Of a stretch of DNA of 64,000 nucleotides, positions 52,801-64,000 are shown piece by piece. Source of the DNA: Azolla caroliniana (taxonomy: Eukaryota > Plantae > Polypodiophyta); NCBI GenBank assembly GCA_043228905.1, contig JBHGNT010000004.1, positions 21,204,001-21,268,000 of the forward strand. Direction: 5' to 3'. Positions within the stretch are counted from its first letter, which is position 1, and every line of letters starts with the position of its first letter. The translations under genes were made by a program, and so were the position numbers. The notes under the pieces were generated by a model. It had not been told where the DNA came from. It did not search any database and saw only the letters and a list, made by a program, of their open reading frames with translations.

Positions 52801-55800
52801 GTCAAGTTAATGACCTCTTGTATCTCTTCCCTTTAGTTACACTTTTTGGTATCTGGTTTATAGATTTTTACTATCTAATTAGAATTGTTGTCGTGATAAT
52901 GACAACCAACAATAATACCGAGTGGCAATTTCAATTGGTTATTTTCTATATGTTAATGGATCAATGAATCTATGAGACAACAGATATATATCATAATAGA
53001 AAACTCTCTTTCTTTACTAGTTTTATCTCGGATTATTTTGATATTATAAGAGTGTATCCTCCATCGGACATGGACATTCCAAATCTGGAACCTTGTCATA
53101 TCTTCTATCAGTGACGAGTTGTTGATAGTCATTTGGCCATCATCAGGGGATTTTTCTTCTTGTTTTTACAATTAACTTGTTGGCGTTTAGCATGACACAA
53201 GGATAAAATGTACTGATTGATGCGTTGATATACTGATACAGATTGAGAAAGCTCGGATGTGTTTGAATCTTATGCAAGACAGCAAAACCATTACTGCTGA
53301 AATGGATGTCATAGATGCCATTACCATAAAACTACCTGCCCTTGGTGTCTCTTTAATTCCTATGCAAGTCAAACAGGTAAAAGACCCCATGGAGATTGTC
53401 AAGAAGGCTTTGATTAGCAGCAGTTCAGATGGAAACTTGAGGGTGGAGGATGTTCTGGATATAGCAAGGTCATTAGGAATAAATAGCGATGAACACATTG
53501 CAATGGTAGAAGAAATGATTGCACGAGAATCAGCAGCATCAGGGAGAATCAGTTTAGCTCTTGACCTCTGCCTTCAATTAATGAAACGAGGCCATGGCCC
53601 GATATGGGATCTGTGTGCTGCCCTTGCCAGGGGACCAGAGGTAGAAGGGATAACCTTGCAGTTACGAAAAGAGCTTCTTGGTTTTGCCCTAAGCTACTGT
53701 GATGAGGTTTCAGTTTGGCAGCTTCTCAACACTTGGAAACAGATTGACCTTTCCAAGCGATGCATTGAAATCAGGAAGGTATCTACATCTTTGAAGGATT
53801 CTCCCCATATTTATGATGCAGAGATTCCTTGGGATGAAGATAAAATACAAACCATGCAAGAGGGAAGTAAATTACTATGCAAGGTAACACAAGAATTTAA
53901 TCAGGGTGCTGGAGATGAGACATTTTTATCGAAGGAAAGGAAGAAAATTTTACCTGGCCTCTGCATAAGAATGCCTTGGCTTTTGCAAGCTGCTGGAATG
54001 GAATCAACTGGTGATGTTACCTGTAAGCAGCATGATGATCTGACTTTGAAGTCAGTGTCTACCATTCTTCTTGGACTTGCTCGTACAAATCAGATCCCTA
54101 GAGATGAACTAGTGTGTTACCTTGCCCATGCTGCAATGCTTGAGATTTCAAAGGACAATAAAAGTCTTGTTGGCTGTGGCTACCTTTTGAACCTTGCAAA
54201 TTATCAGCAAGCTGTTGAGCTTTTAGACAAGGAATTCAAAAAGAGAAGAGAACTGAAAGAAACATGCAAGATTATGAGGTTCGGTTTGATGTATGGCATC
54301 TTACAGTATGCATTGACAAATCCAAACCACAGTGTGAAACACAGAAGAGAGAAGTTGTTGATGTCATTAAGACAATCTAAACATGATGTGGTTTCTGATG
54401 AAGGCATGTTATTATGATAAATGCGATTCATTTTCATTAGGTGCTTTCTTTTTAGCTGTTTTTGAAGCCAGTTACCTCACGAAACTCTGAGTAAGTACTA
54501 CCTTTTGCTTTTGTAGGACCCTTGGAAGGGAATGTATCTGACTCCATGAACATTTTCTGGAAGCGATGGCAATCTAACATCTTGCATAAGCTTAGTCTAA
54601 CTGAGCACGCTGTGGAGCTTGAACCATATGTTACAAACTTTAAATTGGATCAATTTGTGGGTGGTGATGAAGATTATGTAAAACATGTCATCCAATCATT
54701 TGTAGACTCGGCAAAAGTATTGAAGAATTCTGAGCCTCTGAATGCTAGCAAAGTTGATCGTTATCAGGTGTTCCTGTGCTATCAAATATACAATTGCATA
54801 GACTTGCCTCTTCTCAAGGGCCACATGCTTCTAACATTTTCTAACTTCTCACAATTATGTGTTGCTGATCATCTTTGCAGGCTGCAGGCTCACTTTCCTG
54901 TGTCAAAATGAAAGATTTAAGTGATGGAGATATCAAATTAAGCATGAACGCCTTGGTGGATAGTTACCAAATTTTGAAGAAATACATTAGGTACCTTGGT
55001 TGGAAAGACAAGTGGATAGCTATGGAAACACTCTTTTGTGTTGCTACTAGGAGTTTCCTAAAAGATGAGGAGGGGTACCATGTACAAAGTTTGTGTTCTT
55101 TGCTCAATTTCTGGGTGGTGGTATTTACTGATAGTCTAGAGGGTGTAGAAAAATATCCTGAGGATGATATCTCAAGAGAGGTTACAGAATCCCTATCAGA
55201 TATGAGAAGTTGTTGTCAAACTTTTGTGAAACTAATTGAGAAGAATACTATCAATATGTCACAAGCTCAGGCAGTGGTTGATAAGCTTCCAAACCTAGTC
55301 AAATGTGGTGGAATCAGGGAGAGGTTCCTCAAGGCAATGGTATCATCTGGGTGTGCTTTTCAATCTGTTGTTCTTGTTCAGCACAATGCTATTCAAGACT
55401 TGAAAAGTATGATTGTCAATTGTAGTATCACAAAGACTAGTGATATTCCTAACATCTACATTCAAGTGATAAGCTCATCAATTATAGCATGTGATGCCAA
55501 ATGTTTTGATGAATTCCAGCTTCAGCTTGAACCTGTGATTAAAGCTGTATCATCATTGGGCACCAATTCTGAGATGGATAATGGAAACCTAAATTATCCA
55601 TTGAAAGAAGCTCGCACCTCTGTGTGGAAGTCGTTAACTAATCATGCAGAGAATCGAGCTCTTTCTTCTAATTTAAGAGTTTGGCTGTTGAAGCTTCGTG
55701 AAGCTATTGTTTCTGAGAGCAAGGAGATTCCTGCATCCAATCATTTTGATGTTTACCTACAAAAGCATGCAATAACATGGATCGGATGGGAGCCGACCAC

Positions 55801-56959
55801 TGTTGGTGTGGAGAAAAATTCCTCTGTCCAACAAACTATAGCCGCGCTGAAATCTACAGAACTTGTATCTTCTTTTTGGCAAGATGTTGATGTCAAAGTG
55901 GAGGATCTTGATTCAGTGGACAGGGCAACCACTGTTTTCAATGTTTTTGCAGACAGGGTTAATGTTGTCGAGCATGCAATTTTGCTAGTACGGTTGTTGG
56001 AAGGATGGAGAGATATTTTTGGGTGGGAAGCATATTCTAATGAAGGAGTTGGAACAGCAGAGACCATGACAATAACCCAAGAGGGGATTGGGAGCTTGAA
56101 TGCTGAATGGGGCCAAGCTGATGGTTGGGATGATGAGTGGGAAGATTACGAGGAGAAGTCCGTAGAGACTGGTAGTTTTGTTAATAATTGTGTACACATG
56201 CTTCATGAATGCTGGAAGATTGCCTTTAAAAAGCTAGCATGTTATGGAGATTTAGAGAATATTCTTCAGTCTCTTGACAAGACACAACCAGCAAGTGGAA
56301 GGAGTCTTCTCACTGAGCAAGGCAGTCTTGAGGTAGTGAATTGCTTTGCTGAGGAAAGCCCAAATTCAGCTCTAAAAGTGTCTTTGCTTTTGCCATTTGA
56401 GAGTGTTCGAAATTATGCCCTCGAAAATTTTGACAGAAAGTTAAAGAGTGTTGTTATAGAAGGCAAGGTGATCAATAACAGTTGTCTATCAGAAAAGGGA
56501 ACAATATATATTGATGAATGTCTTCTCACACTTGTTTTGGCATCAGGACATGTTGCCATATGGGCAGACAACCCCAAATTCTCTACATCGTTTTGTCTAC
56601 TATCAGCGTCAGTCACCTCCACTGTTCTGAACGCTTCACTTTCTTCATCTCGTTTTGCACTTGATGTCATATTGCCATCTTATATAGCCAGCTTAGTTGT
56701 AACAAGTCAATATGCAGTTGCAAGTGCCTTGATATTGCAACTTATGAGGATCCATCCATCACTGATGACCTGGAATGCTGCATTTATTGCACTCGAACAG
56801 TTTTTGAAGGTGAGAAGATCACAGTTATTCGATAAATCTGATATCACTTCCGACAAACTTGGATCATTAACATGTATATGCAATAATGTGAGCCATCTTC
56901 AATGCAACGTAGGCAATAAAATAGAGTCAGCTCTGAAGGTTATGGCAAATATGTTGTGA
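46818..56959 (+). CDS. MIP2: MAG2-interacting protein 2 / NBAS-Sec39-like ER tethering (Dsl1/NRZ complex) subunit
   Basis: Exons: 46818-46913, an unresolved small exon, 47666-47830, 49447-49642, 49716-49927, 50021-51065, 51156-52281, 52352-52708, 53242-54403, 54517-54767, 54881-56959. Motifs QYSDRLETYLG, LDAIPET, IDYVSGQLEN, CVYICSRTDQW, RGLLKAGKFSLAK, AAREYFYSSSSL, GHGPIWDLCAALARGP and GWDDEWE are typical of plant MIP2/NBAS. Confidence 0.88.
48493..48916. mobile_element. Non-autonomous hAT element (MITE) in a MIP2 intron
   Basis: Imperfect 18-bp TIR TAACAATTGGCAACGGTT / AACCGTTGTTGATTGTTA (15/18 match). Perfect 8-bp TSD GGTGTAGT at 48485-48492 and 48917-48924. Many subterminal AACCG/AAACC motifs. 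Confidence 0.88.
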
Positions 56960-57259
56960 CAATCTTCAATTGAAGTGTTCATTGGGGCATGTGTATTCTC
57001 TTTTCTCTGTTGAAACATAATGATGTCTTGCCTTCCACATGGAGATGTAATGATGGGTTGCATTTAAGAGTAGGTGCCTGCATTCTAGTTTCATTTATTC
57101 ACCATCTTGTGGATGTATTTATTTGTACATATGTAACTACTGAACAAGTTTGAGGTTGCAAGAAATCTCCCCTCATGGAAGTTACCATTCAGATTCATTT
57201 GTTAACACATTTTTGAGGTCAGGTAAGGGCTTGCAGCTGAAATGACGAACATCTGTATC

Positions 57260-57385
57260 TTGCACCTGACCATAATAAAGTCAACTTTCTTGGTAAATTT
57301 TGCACCTGGTCACAATAAAAGCCAGTTTCTCAATTGTTTTTTCATCTGAACATAATAAAAGCCAGTTTTCCAGTAATGTTTGCAT
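57260..57385. repeat. ~40-bp degenerate tandem repeat (3 units) downstream of MIP2
   Basis: T(G/T)CA(C/T)CTG..CA(T/C)AATAAA..CCAGTTT recurs at ~57261, ~57301 and ~57341. Confidence 0.65.
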
Positions 57386-59048
57386 CATCTTGTCACTTGT
57401 GGTAGGCGTGTTGCAAAAGTATTGACCTGGAAGAGTATCTTCTATCTATATATTGCATCATCCACATCATAAATGATAGTCCAATGACCTTCAGTTTTGC
57501 ACTTGTGATAAGGAACATGAACAACTAGTTATAACCAAACTCCATAGGCAATGCTGGGTGGTGAGAGGCAAGGTAGTAATAGTAAAGAAATGAAGATGGA
57601 CTAATAATTGTGTCCTAACATACTTGATTTTATGCATTATGAGCTGTTTGATATGAGCTACAAATTTCCTACACCCATCCTACCGCTGCACTTCAGTAGT
57701 TGCTAATGGATGTAGGGCATGAAGATGTTGGTATTGATGTGAATTTCTGTCTAGAAAATAAAGTGCAACAAGACACCATTAAGCTAGCTTTGTTGCAATT
57801 AAATTTGATTTCATGTCTCATGAAATAACCAATTGTAGCTTCCTTGCCCAAAATATTCTTTTGCTAACAGATGCATTACACACCATAGTATCACAACTGT
57901 ACTACATAGTCCAAACTTCCATACGAGAACAGGAAGAAATAAAATCACTTGCAGATATTGTTCCTTTCTCACATTTAGAGGGTTTTTATGAATCACTAAG
58001 TGATATGAATGATTTGGTGACCTTATTTGCTAAACTCAAGCAATTAAGTATGATAAAAAGAGATGTATGATCTGAATGGAATTGAAGGAATTCAGGAATT
58101 AGAAATAACAACAACTAGGGCCTGAATTTGATGGGTTAGCATTAAAGTTTTTTGACGGGCATTTTTTAAAGATGTATGTCATATGACATGAGAGTGCAAA
58201 AGCTAACATGTCATTTGAAATACAAATTTTAATAATGAAAAGCTCTATATAATGCTTCATTGTTATACATTTCATTACTATAGAAAGTACACAAAGATGC
58301 ACAAATAAACATACCTCACAAAGATAATATAAAACTAATTTGTATTTCCTTTCCATCTATTTTGTATTTTGTAGCTGATATGCTTTTTAAAAGTAATGGA
58401 AGGATATATTTTTTTGAAAAGAAAAGATAATGAAATGCCTAAAATAAATATTGTGTTAAATGTTTTTACTAATAAGTATGAAAAAAAGGTTAGTGAAATA
58501 TTTTGTTTTAACTTAAAATTTTAGGTAAGTAAACAATTTAGTTTTAACTTAAAACTTAAAACATTAAAATCAAACCTAGAGTTTACACTCTCAAGAGTAT
58601 TTAATAAAGGTTATTGTTTAAAATTTCAACTAATATTATTAGTAAAGAATAAAAGAATATATATAATTACATATATGATGATGAATCATGATGATGATGA
58701 TATTATTTTTAGCGTGTTATAAAAAACATATAATTTTTTAGAAGAAAAAACATATACATAGTATAAATATATTATTATACACACATTATAGTATCTATAA
58801 TAAGTGACATATTGTGAAATGCACATAAAGAGATCAAAACGAGCCACATGCACACCACAATATGTATGTATATAATGGAAAATAGAATTTTGGGATGTCA
58901 AATCGACATGCATAATTTGTAATTTGTAATTTGTAGGGGCCTCTCACATAGAAAATGGGAATTTATATGTACTTTATATGTGAAAAGCGAATATATAATA
59001 TACATATATTGAATTACAGACCAAAAGCAAGAGAAGCGTGTGAATTTA

Positions 59049-59342
59049 ATGCTCCCTTTGGTGGTGCTAAGAGCCTCTTTCTCTCTCAGACAGATTCTGT
59101 ATCTCCTGTGTCGACGACAATGCTTTTTAGATAAATGCCAAAATGCTTCCTTTGTTTGTCCTTTAACGTGGATCATGGACTCCTGTAGCTCACACGAAGA
59201 TCCGCTGATCTTCACAGGCACTGAAGATAGCTATGGTGGCTTCATCGTCAATTCAGCTGACTTCCCTACCGTTCCTTCTCACTTCATCGAGCGTCTCAGA
59301 GTATCTATGGATCACTGGAGAGCAAAGGTACACGTGTATGTA

Positions 59343-59431
<89 letters not shown>

Positions 59432-62400
59432 CCTTACATGCCCAGTTTGTCAGAGCCAACTTGGGGCATTGTTAACTGCGAAGATTTTGGCACCCTTTTT
59501 GTGGATTTTCACTCAAAGATCTATAACTTTACCCTCCCCATCGCATAAGCTGGTGTTTGATACCCTTAGGCATTGGAGACTACTGTACAATTAGAGAGGG
59601 AAATGGGTTAACTTCTTTTAAGAGACCTGAACAGCCCACTAGACCGAATGAGAGACCATGTCTTAAAACGTGGTCTCATTTTTTTGAAGAACTAACCCAT
59701 ATAGATATAACTCAATTACTAAAACTGCCTACAGTATCAAATAATCTCATCCTTTAAGCACTTAAGATTCTGAGCCTGGATGGACTGAAACTTCTGCCTT
59801 TGAAATATCACCAACATGAGCTGAACAAGTATGTAGAGGTCTTGAAGTGAGAAAAGCACCAGAGGTGTAAAATGAACAAGTATGGCAGCTGGTATTGTAT
59901 CTTCTTGCTTGGGCACTATGTCAAATATCTTAATTTCTTGCCCACCTGCTCTGTTCTCTTCACTGATGATTGGGAGTGTAGCCTTATAATCTGGAGTAGA
60001 GATATGACTCTCAAAGTGTCATGGTCTACATTTTCACCAATTTCTTAGCCCTAATATGGAGCTAATGTATCATGACCAAGCATAAATCCATTAATTCCAC
60101 ACATGGCATCATGTATAAACATCATTTGTTGAGTGGTAAATATCTGACTCCACGTTGAGGCAATTTATGTTCTGGAAGAGTAGAGTTTACTTGTGCATTT
60201 ATCTTAATTACATTGCATTAACTGAAGCATTGAAAAACAAGAATTATGGCATGCACTATCTATAAATAAGAATGTCTATTCTGGTATTTAGCGAGTAAAT
60301 TACTCCCCTTTAAATGTTGTAATCAAAATTTCAAATTAATAATTTAAAATTTATCCTGTATGCAGTATTTTATGTCCAGATACTTTTCACACACACACAC
60401 ACACACACACACCCCTCCTTGATGTGAAGTCTATGATATTGAAATATAGAGTTTTTGTTTGCTGCATAATGTGTCAGATTTGTTCGATTAAATGTTTGGT
60501 TTCTTGCAGTCGTTTAGAGGGATATGGCTGAAGCTACCGATTAAGAATTCAAACCTTGTCCATCCTGCTGTGGAGGTAAAGTAGTTCTTTAAATATAGAA
60601 CATCTTTTGTTGATTTGAGTAACATATTTGAGTTGCTGGAAGAAAGAAAGAAATATTAACATCTTTTAAGAGGCCAAAATGGCCTATAAGAGCAAACAAG
60701 ATATTGCATCTTAAGTGTTATCTCATCGTTGAGAACAAATCAAAATAAATAAATGTTAGTAAGTATAAAAAGTAAATAAGATAAAAAGAAACTAAAGAAT
60801 CTTGTTATCGGTACATGTAAGATTCTTGAGTCATATATATTGTAATTTTTTTCTTCGAAAGATCTTTAGGATAGGTCGATCAAGAATGGAGATGTCTCTG
60901 AAGTGAGGGAAGTACCCATGATGACGGGGGATAATAGCCTTTATTTTTCGATTACAAGGTTGGTGAGATTATGGTCCATGGGGTGGGTTGGGGCCTATGT
61001 GCACAACAAATTACTATTTCCTGATCTATTGTAACGCCTTTGCGGTGTCTTGTTTAGGAACCCATTTATGTAGCCCTTGATTGGCTTGTAGCATGAGTAG
61101 AAGTGATGTGCGTAAAGAAAGTTATAGTAGTTCTTTGTTGATGAGCTTGTGTGGCTGTACTGTTGTCCTTCAATAACTTTTCCCTGTATCTCTTGGGTAC
61201 TAGCAAGAAAAATTCAAAGCCTGTTGGTTCTCATATTCCATTACCTTGCTTGAGGGCCAAACCTTTGTTTAAAGAGGCAATATCTGCCTCTTATTACATA
61301 AAAAACTTTGAAGTGACAAACATAGTGTTCTTCAGATTCCACTTGCTGATGACACAATTGGTAAATTCCGTCTTCTAGAGGTATTCATGCATATCTGCCA
61401 ACCTCAATCCACTTGCTGATGAAGTTCGCAGCTGTCCTATCACACTGCGCAGCGATAGAATAGATGTCCATATAAGATTGCTTGGTGATGAATCCATTCT
61501 TCAATGTGTGTAAAAAGTGTGTCTTATAGTGGGCCATCTTCGTACTAAGTGATATTTTGGGGCTGATTCATGTTATCTTGTTTTCGAAGTTAATAATATC
61601 AGTTCGGATCATTGTATTTTTTCCCACTTTGGTCATGTTTAGATGGGGACAATCCAAGCTCTATTGGATTGGGGGTAGTGCATTTATGCTTATGCCATGT
61701 GACTTGAACCATTGTTGCAATTCAGTGTACCAACAATGAATGTCTCCATGTTCAGCAAGTTGTTTTGATGACATAAGTACCAACCTTGAGTACCTTCCTT
61801 TAGGAAGCTCCAAAGCCATTGGTTATGGGTCACTAATTGTAATAATGCCTCGGTGATTATAGGGGTTGCTCCTATCTCTGCCCAGATTATATCATGGGGC
61901 GCTCATGCTTTGCTTATTATCATGCAGGCAATCGTTGAGACTAAAAGTCTCTCTAAATCTTTCCAGTTATTTGCCTTGTTAAGACTTGGTTCCAATGTTT
62001 CTACTCCATAGAGGAGTGTTGGTGTCAAAGGCTTTTTTGAAATCCACTAAGCAGCAATAAATCCTCTTATTATGGGCTCGGCCCTCCTCAATAAGGGATT
62101 GGAGGGTCAATATGTGATCCAAAGTTATGGACCCATTCCAAAAGCCTGCCTGTCCAGCTGAACGACAACCATTTTGCTCTGCCGATATACTCAATTCTGA
62201 CTGTGGGATCGAGCCATATAGTTTAGCCAAGTAATCTCCAATCATGATTATCCTATAGTTGACCAGCATCATGGATCTCCACTCTTGAGGATTTACACAA
62301 TGGGATTTTCTGGCCATCTAGTAGGGAAACCTTCATGCACAACTCTATTAAAGTTCTGTGCAAGCAATGGGAGCAAGATGTCATGGGCATAGATAAAGTG

Positions 62401-63969
62401 CTCACCTACCAATCCATCATGATCCTGGCCCTGAGGCTGCCCTTCTGTGTGCCACTAGCTACAATTTGTAGGCTGTTGGTGTCAATGACTTCCAAAACTG
62501 AGCTATCAAAGTAGACATTATAACCTTGCTTAGTGATTTGGTAGATCGAAAGTAAATTACCATATATAGTTCCATAAGATCCCCTCTTTTGATATGTATT
62601 CGCATAGAACATGAATCTATATCCCTATGCACAACATGCACTCTCTCATGGAGCTCCTTTTTGTACAACATAGCCACTCATCCTGAGCCTCTAATGTTTC
62701 CTAGTGTTTGTGGTTGAGGACGACATACTAATTCCCATTTATATCCTTGTACATTGGGGAGTTTACTAGCTATGCATTGCTGGGTCTCTGTATACCTAGC
62801 AATATCTGTGTTCTATAAGGTATCTTCAAAATACCCGACATCTGTCCTTAGAGAGCCATTGCAATTCCTTACATCGTCATGCGGCTCTCTTCTCCATAAT
62901 AATGACCTTGCCATCTCTATATACAACCCATTTTCCTTCCTTTCTTGCATCGAGCACTCATGGCATGTTTTTTTTACAATGTGTCAATTGAATTGGAGTG
63001 AATCATCATCTAAATATATTTTGTCACCCTTGAGTGTGCTTCTTTTAGATAGGAAAGCTTTTTTTCTTTTGAATGCTACACACGAGGTCTTTGTGCATCA
63101 CCATGCTGAGCCATTCTTTGGCTTCCGCTCAATTTTAAGTCTACATTTGTAATGATGATAAGTCTTTTGTATAATGTGTTCCAGGAGGGCTTTGTGTATC
63201 ACCATGCTGAACCTGACTTCATTATTCTTACATACTGGATTCCTGAAAGTCCATCTACGCTTCCTCCTAATGCTTCTCATCAAGTTGGAGCTGGTGCAAT
63301 TGTAATAAATGACAAAAATGAGGTGTATAATCACCCTTTGCTACAATATGCTGAAGATTGTTTTTCTGCATATGACAATCCTATGCCGCTAAAATCTATC
63401 AGTTTTCTCTTAGATCTTGGTTGTACAAGAACTAACGGGCCCTACAAAGGATACTGGTTTTTGGAAGGTGCCAACCGGTATGGTACACATGGTGAGCAAT
63501 GGTAATAAGAAAGATTTGTTGTTGAGAAAAATAGGAAAATTTGCGGTGTGCAATTTCTTTATTGCTTAAGAAGGCACTTAAATTTATCTTCTGAATACTT
63601 ACTCAAAGTTTGGTTGGAAGCATAGGCTCACATATTAAATAGGCAGTAAGTCCCGTGCTTTATGAATGACCCCACCTTTGGGTGTGGGTGTTGTAGTGAT
63701 TTTTTGTTTCTCTTTCATAATATATGCTCTAATCTTGTTTGAAAAACCTAATACTTTTTAATAACCATGTATATATTGTTTTATATGGACAGGGAGAAGA
63801 CATCAAGGATGGGATAGTGCGTGAAGTAGAAGAGGAAACATCTGTAAGTCATGTTATGGTTTTTTTCAGACAAAGTAGCTGGATAACGACAGAGTAGATC
63901 TTCTATTAGTTTTGATGATTGCTCTGAATAACAGGTTCAAACTGAGTTCATTGAAGTACTTGGCGTCAG
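59049..63969 (+). CDS. Nudix hydrolase (plant NUDT2/6/7/8-type with pre-Nudix domain), 3' end beyond the window
   Basis: Exons: 59049 (or 59174)-59327, 60510-60575, 63185-63322, 63414-63491, 63793-63843, 63935-63969. Motifs DSYGGFIV, RGIWLKLP, GFVYHHAEP, LPPNASHQVGAGA, WKVPTG and Nudix box GMVHMGEDIKDGIVREVEEETSV. Confidence 0.9.
59344..59429. repeat. Compound (GT)n(GA)n microsatellite in Nudix intron 1
   Basis: Seen directly. Confidence 0.95.
60639..62410 (-). mobile_element. Degenerate RTEX-like LINE, copy 3 (diverged subfamily), antisense in Nudix intron 2
   Basis: Minus strand shows NYRIIMIG..QAGF..LDHILTLQSLIEE..CCLVDFKKAFDT (RT N-terminal part) and LRSVIGQLRTSS..IEVGRY..QLCHQQVESEEHYVC (C-terminal motif). 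The 3' end AGGCCATTTTGGCCT..GATGTTAATATTTCTTTCTTTC matches copies 1 and 2. Confidence 0.82.
62430..62700 (-). mobile_element. Copia pol remnant (protease/GAG-pre-integrase region)
   Basis: GNLLSIYQITKQGYNVYFDSSVLEVIDTNSLQIVASGTQKG resembles the Copia NLLSV.QL...GY.V.F motif. Confidence 0.6.
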
Positions 63970-64000
63970 GTCAGGTGTCTCAACTATCAAATGTTTCAAA

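Noticed and set aside
54441-54490. Micro-exon in MIP2 (TAG...GTAAGT)
   Set aside because: It would require flanking introns of only 37 and 26 nt.

Overview
Eukaryotic, intron-rich, AT-rich plant nuclear DNA, most likely from a seed-free plant such as a fern (inference from gene content, notably a UPF0193/EVG1 gene). Seven host genes can be reconstructed by hand: CTNNBL1-like (-, 8 exons), theta-class GST ending in SKL (+, 7 exons), a two-exon GSL1/GSL5-type callose synthase (-), a UPF0193/EVG1-like gene (-, 7 exons, largely invisible in the ORF track), a Dof transcription factor (-), MIP2/NBAS-like (+) and a Nudix hydrolase (+, runs off the window end). Mobile DNA includes three related RTEX-like LINE copies with (TTTC)n tails and a conserved 3' hairpin, a Copia 3' end with LTR, Gypsy and Copia remnants, and a hAT MITE with an 8-bp TSD. 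There is also an inverted, internally deleted duplicate of the EVG1 5' region. No prokaryotic-type system or CRISPR array is present. Family assignments come from recognised motifs, not database searches.
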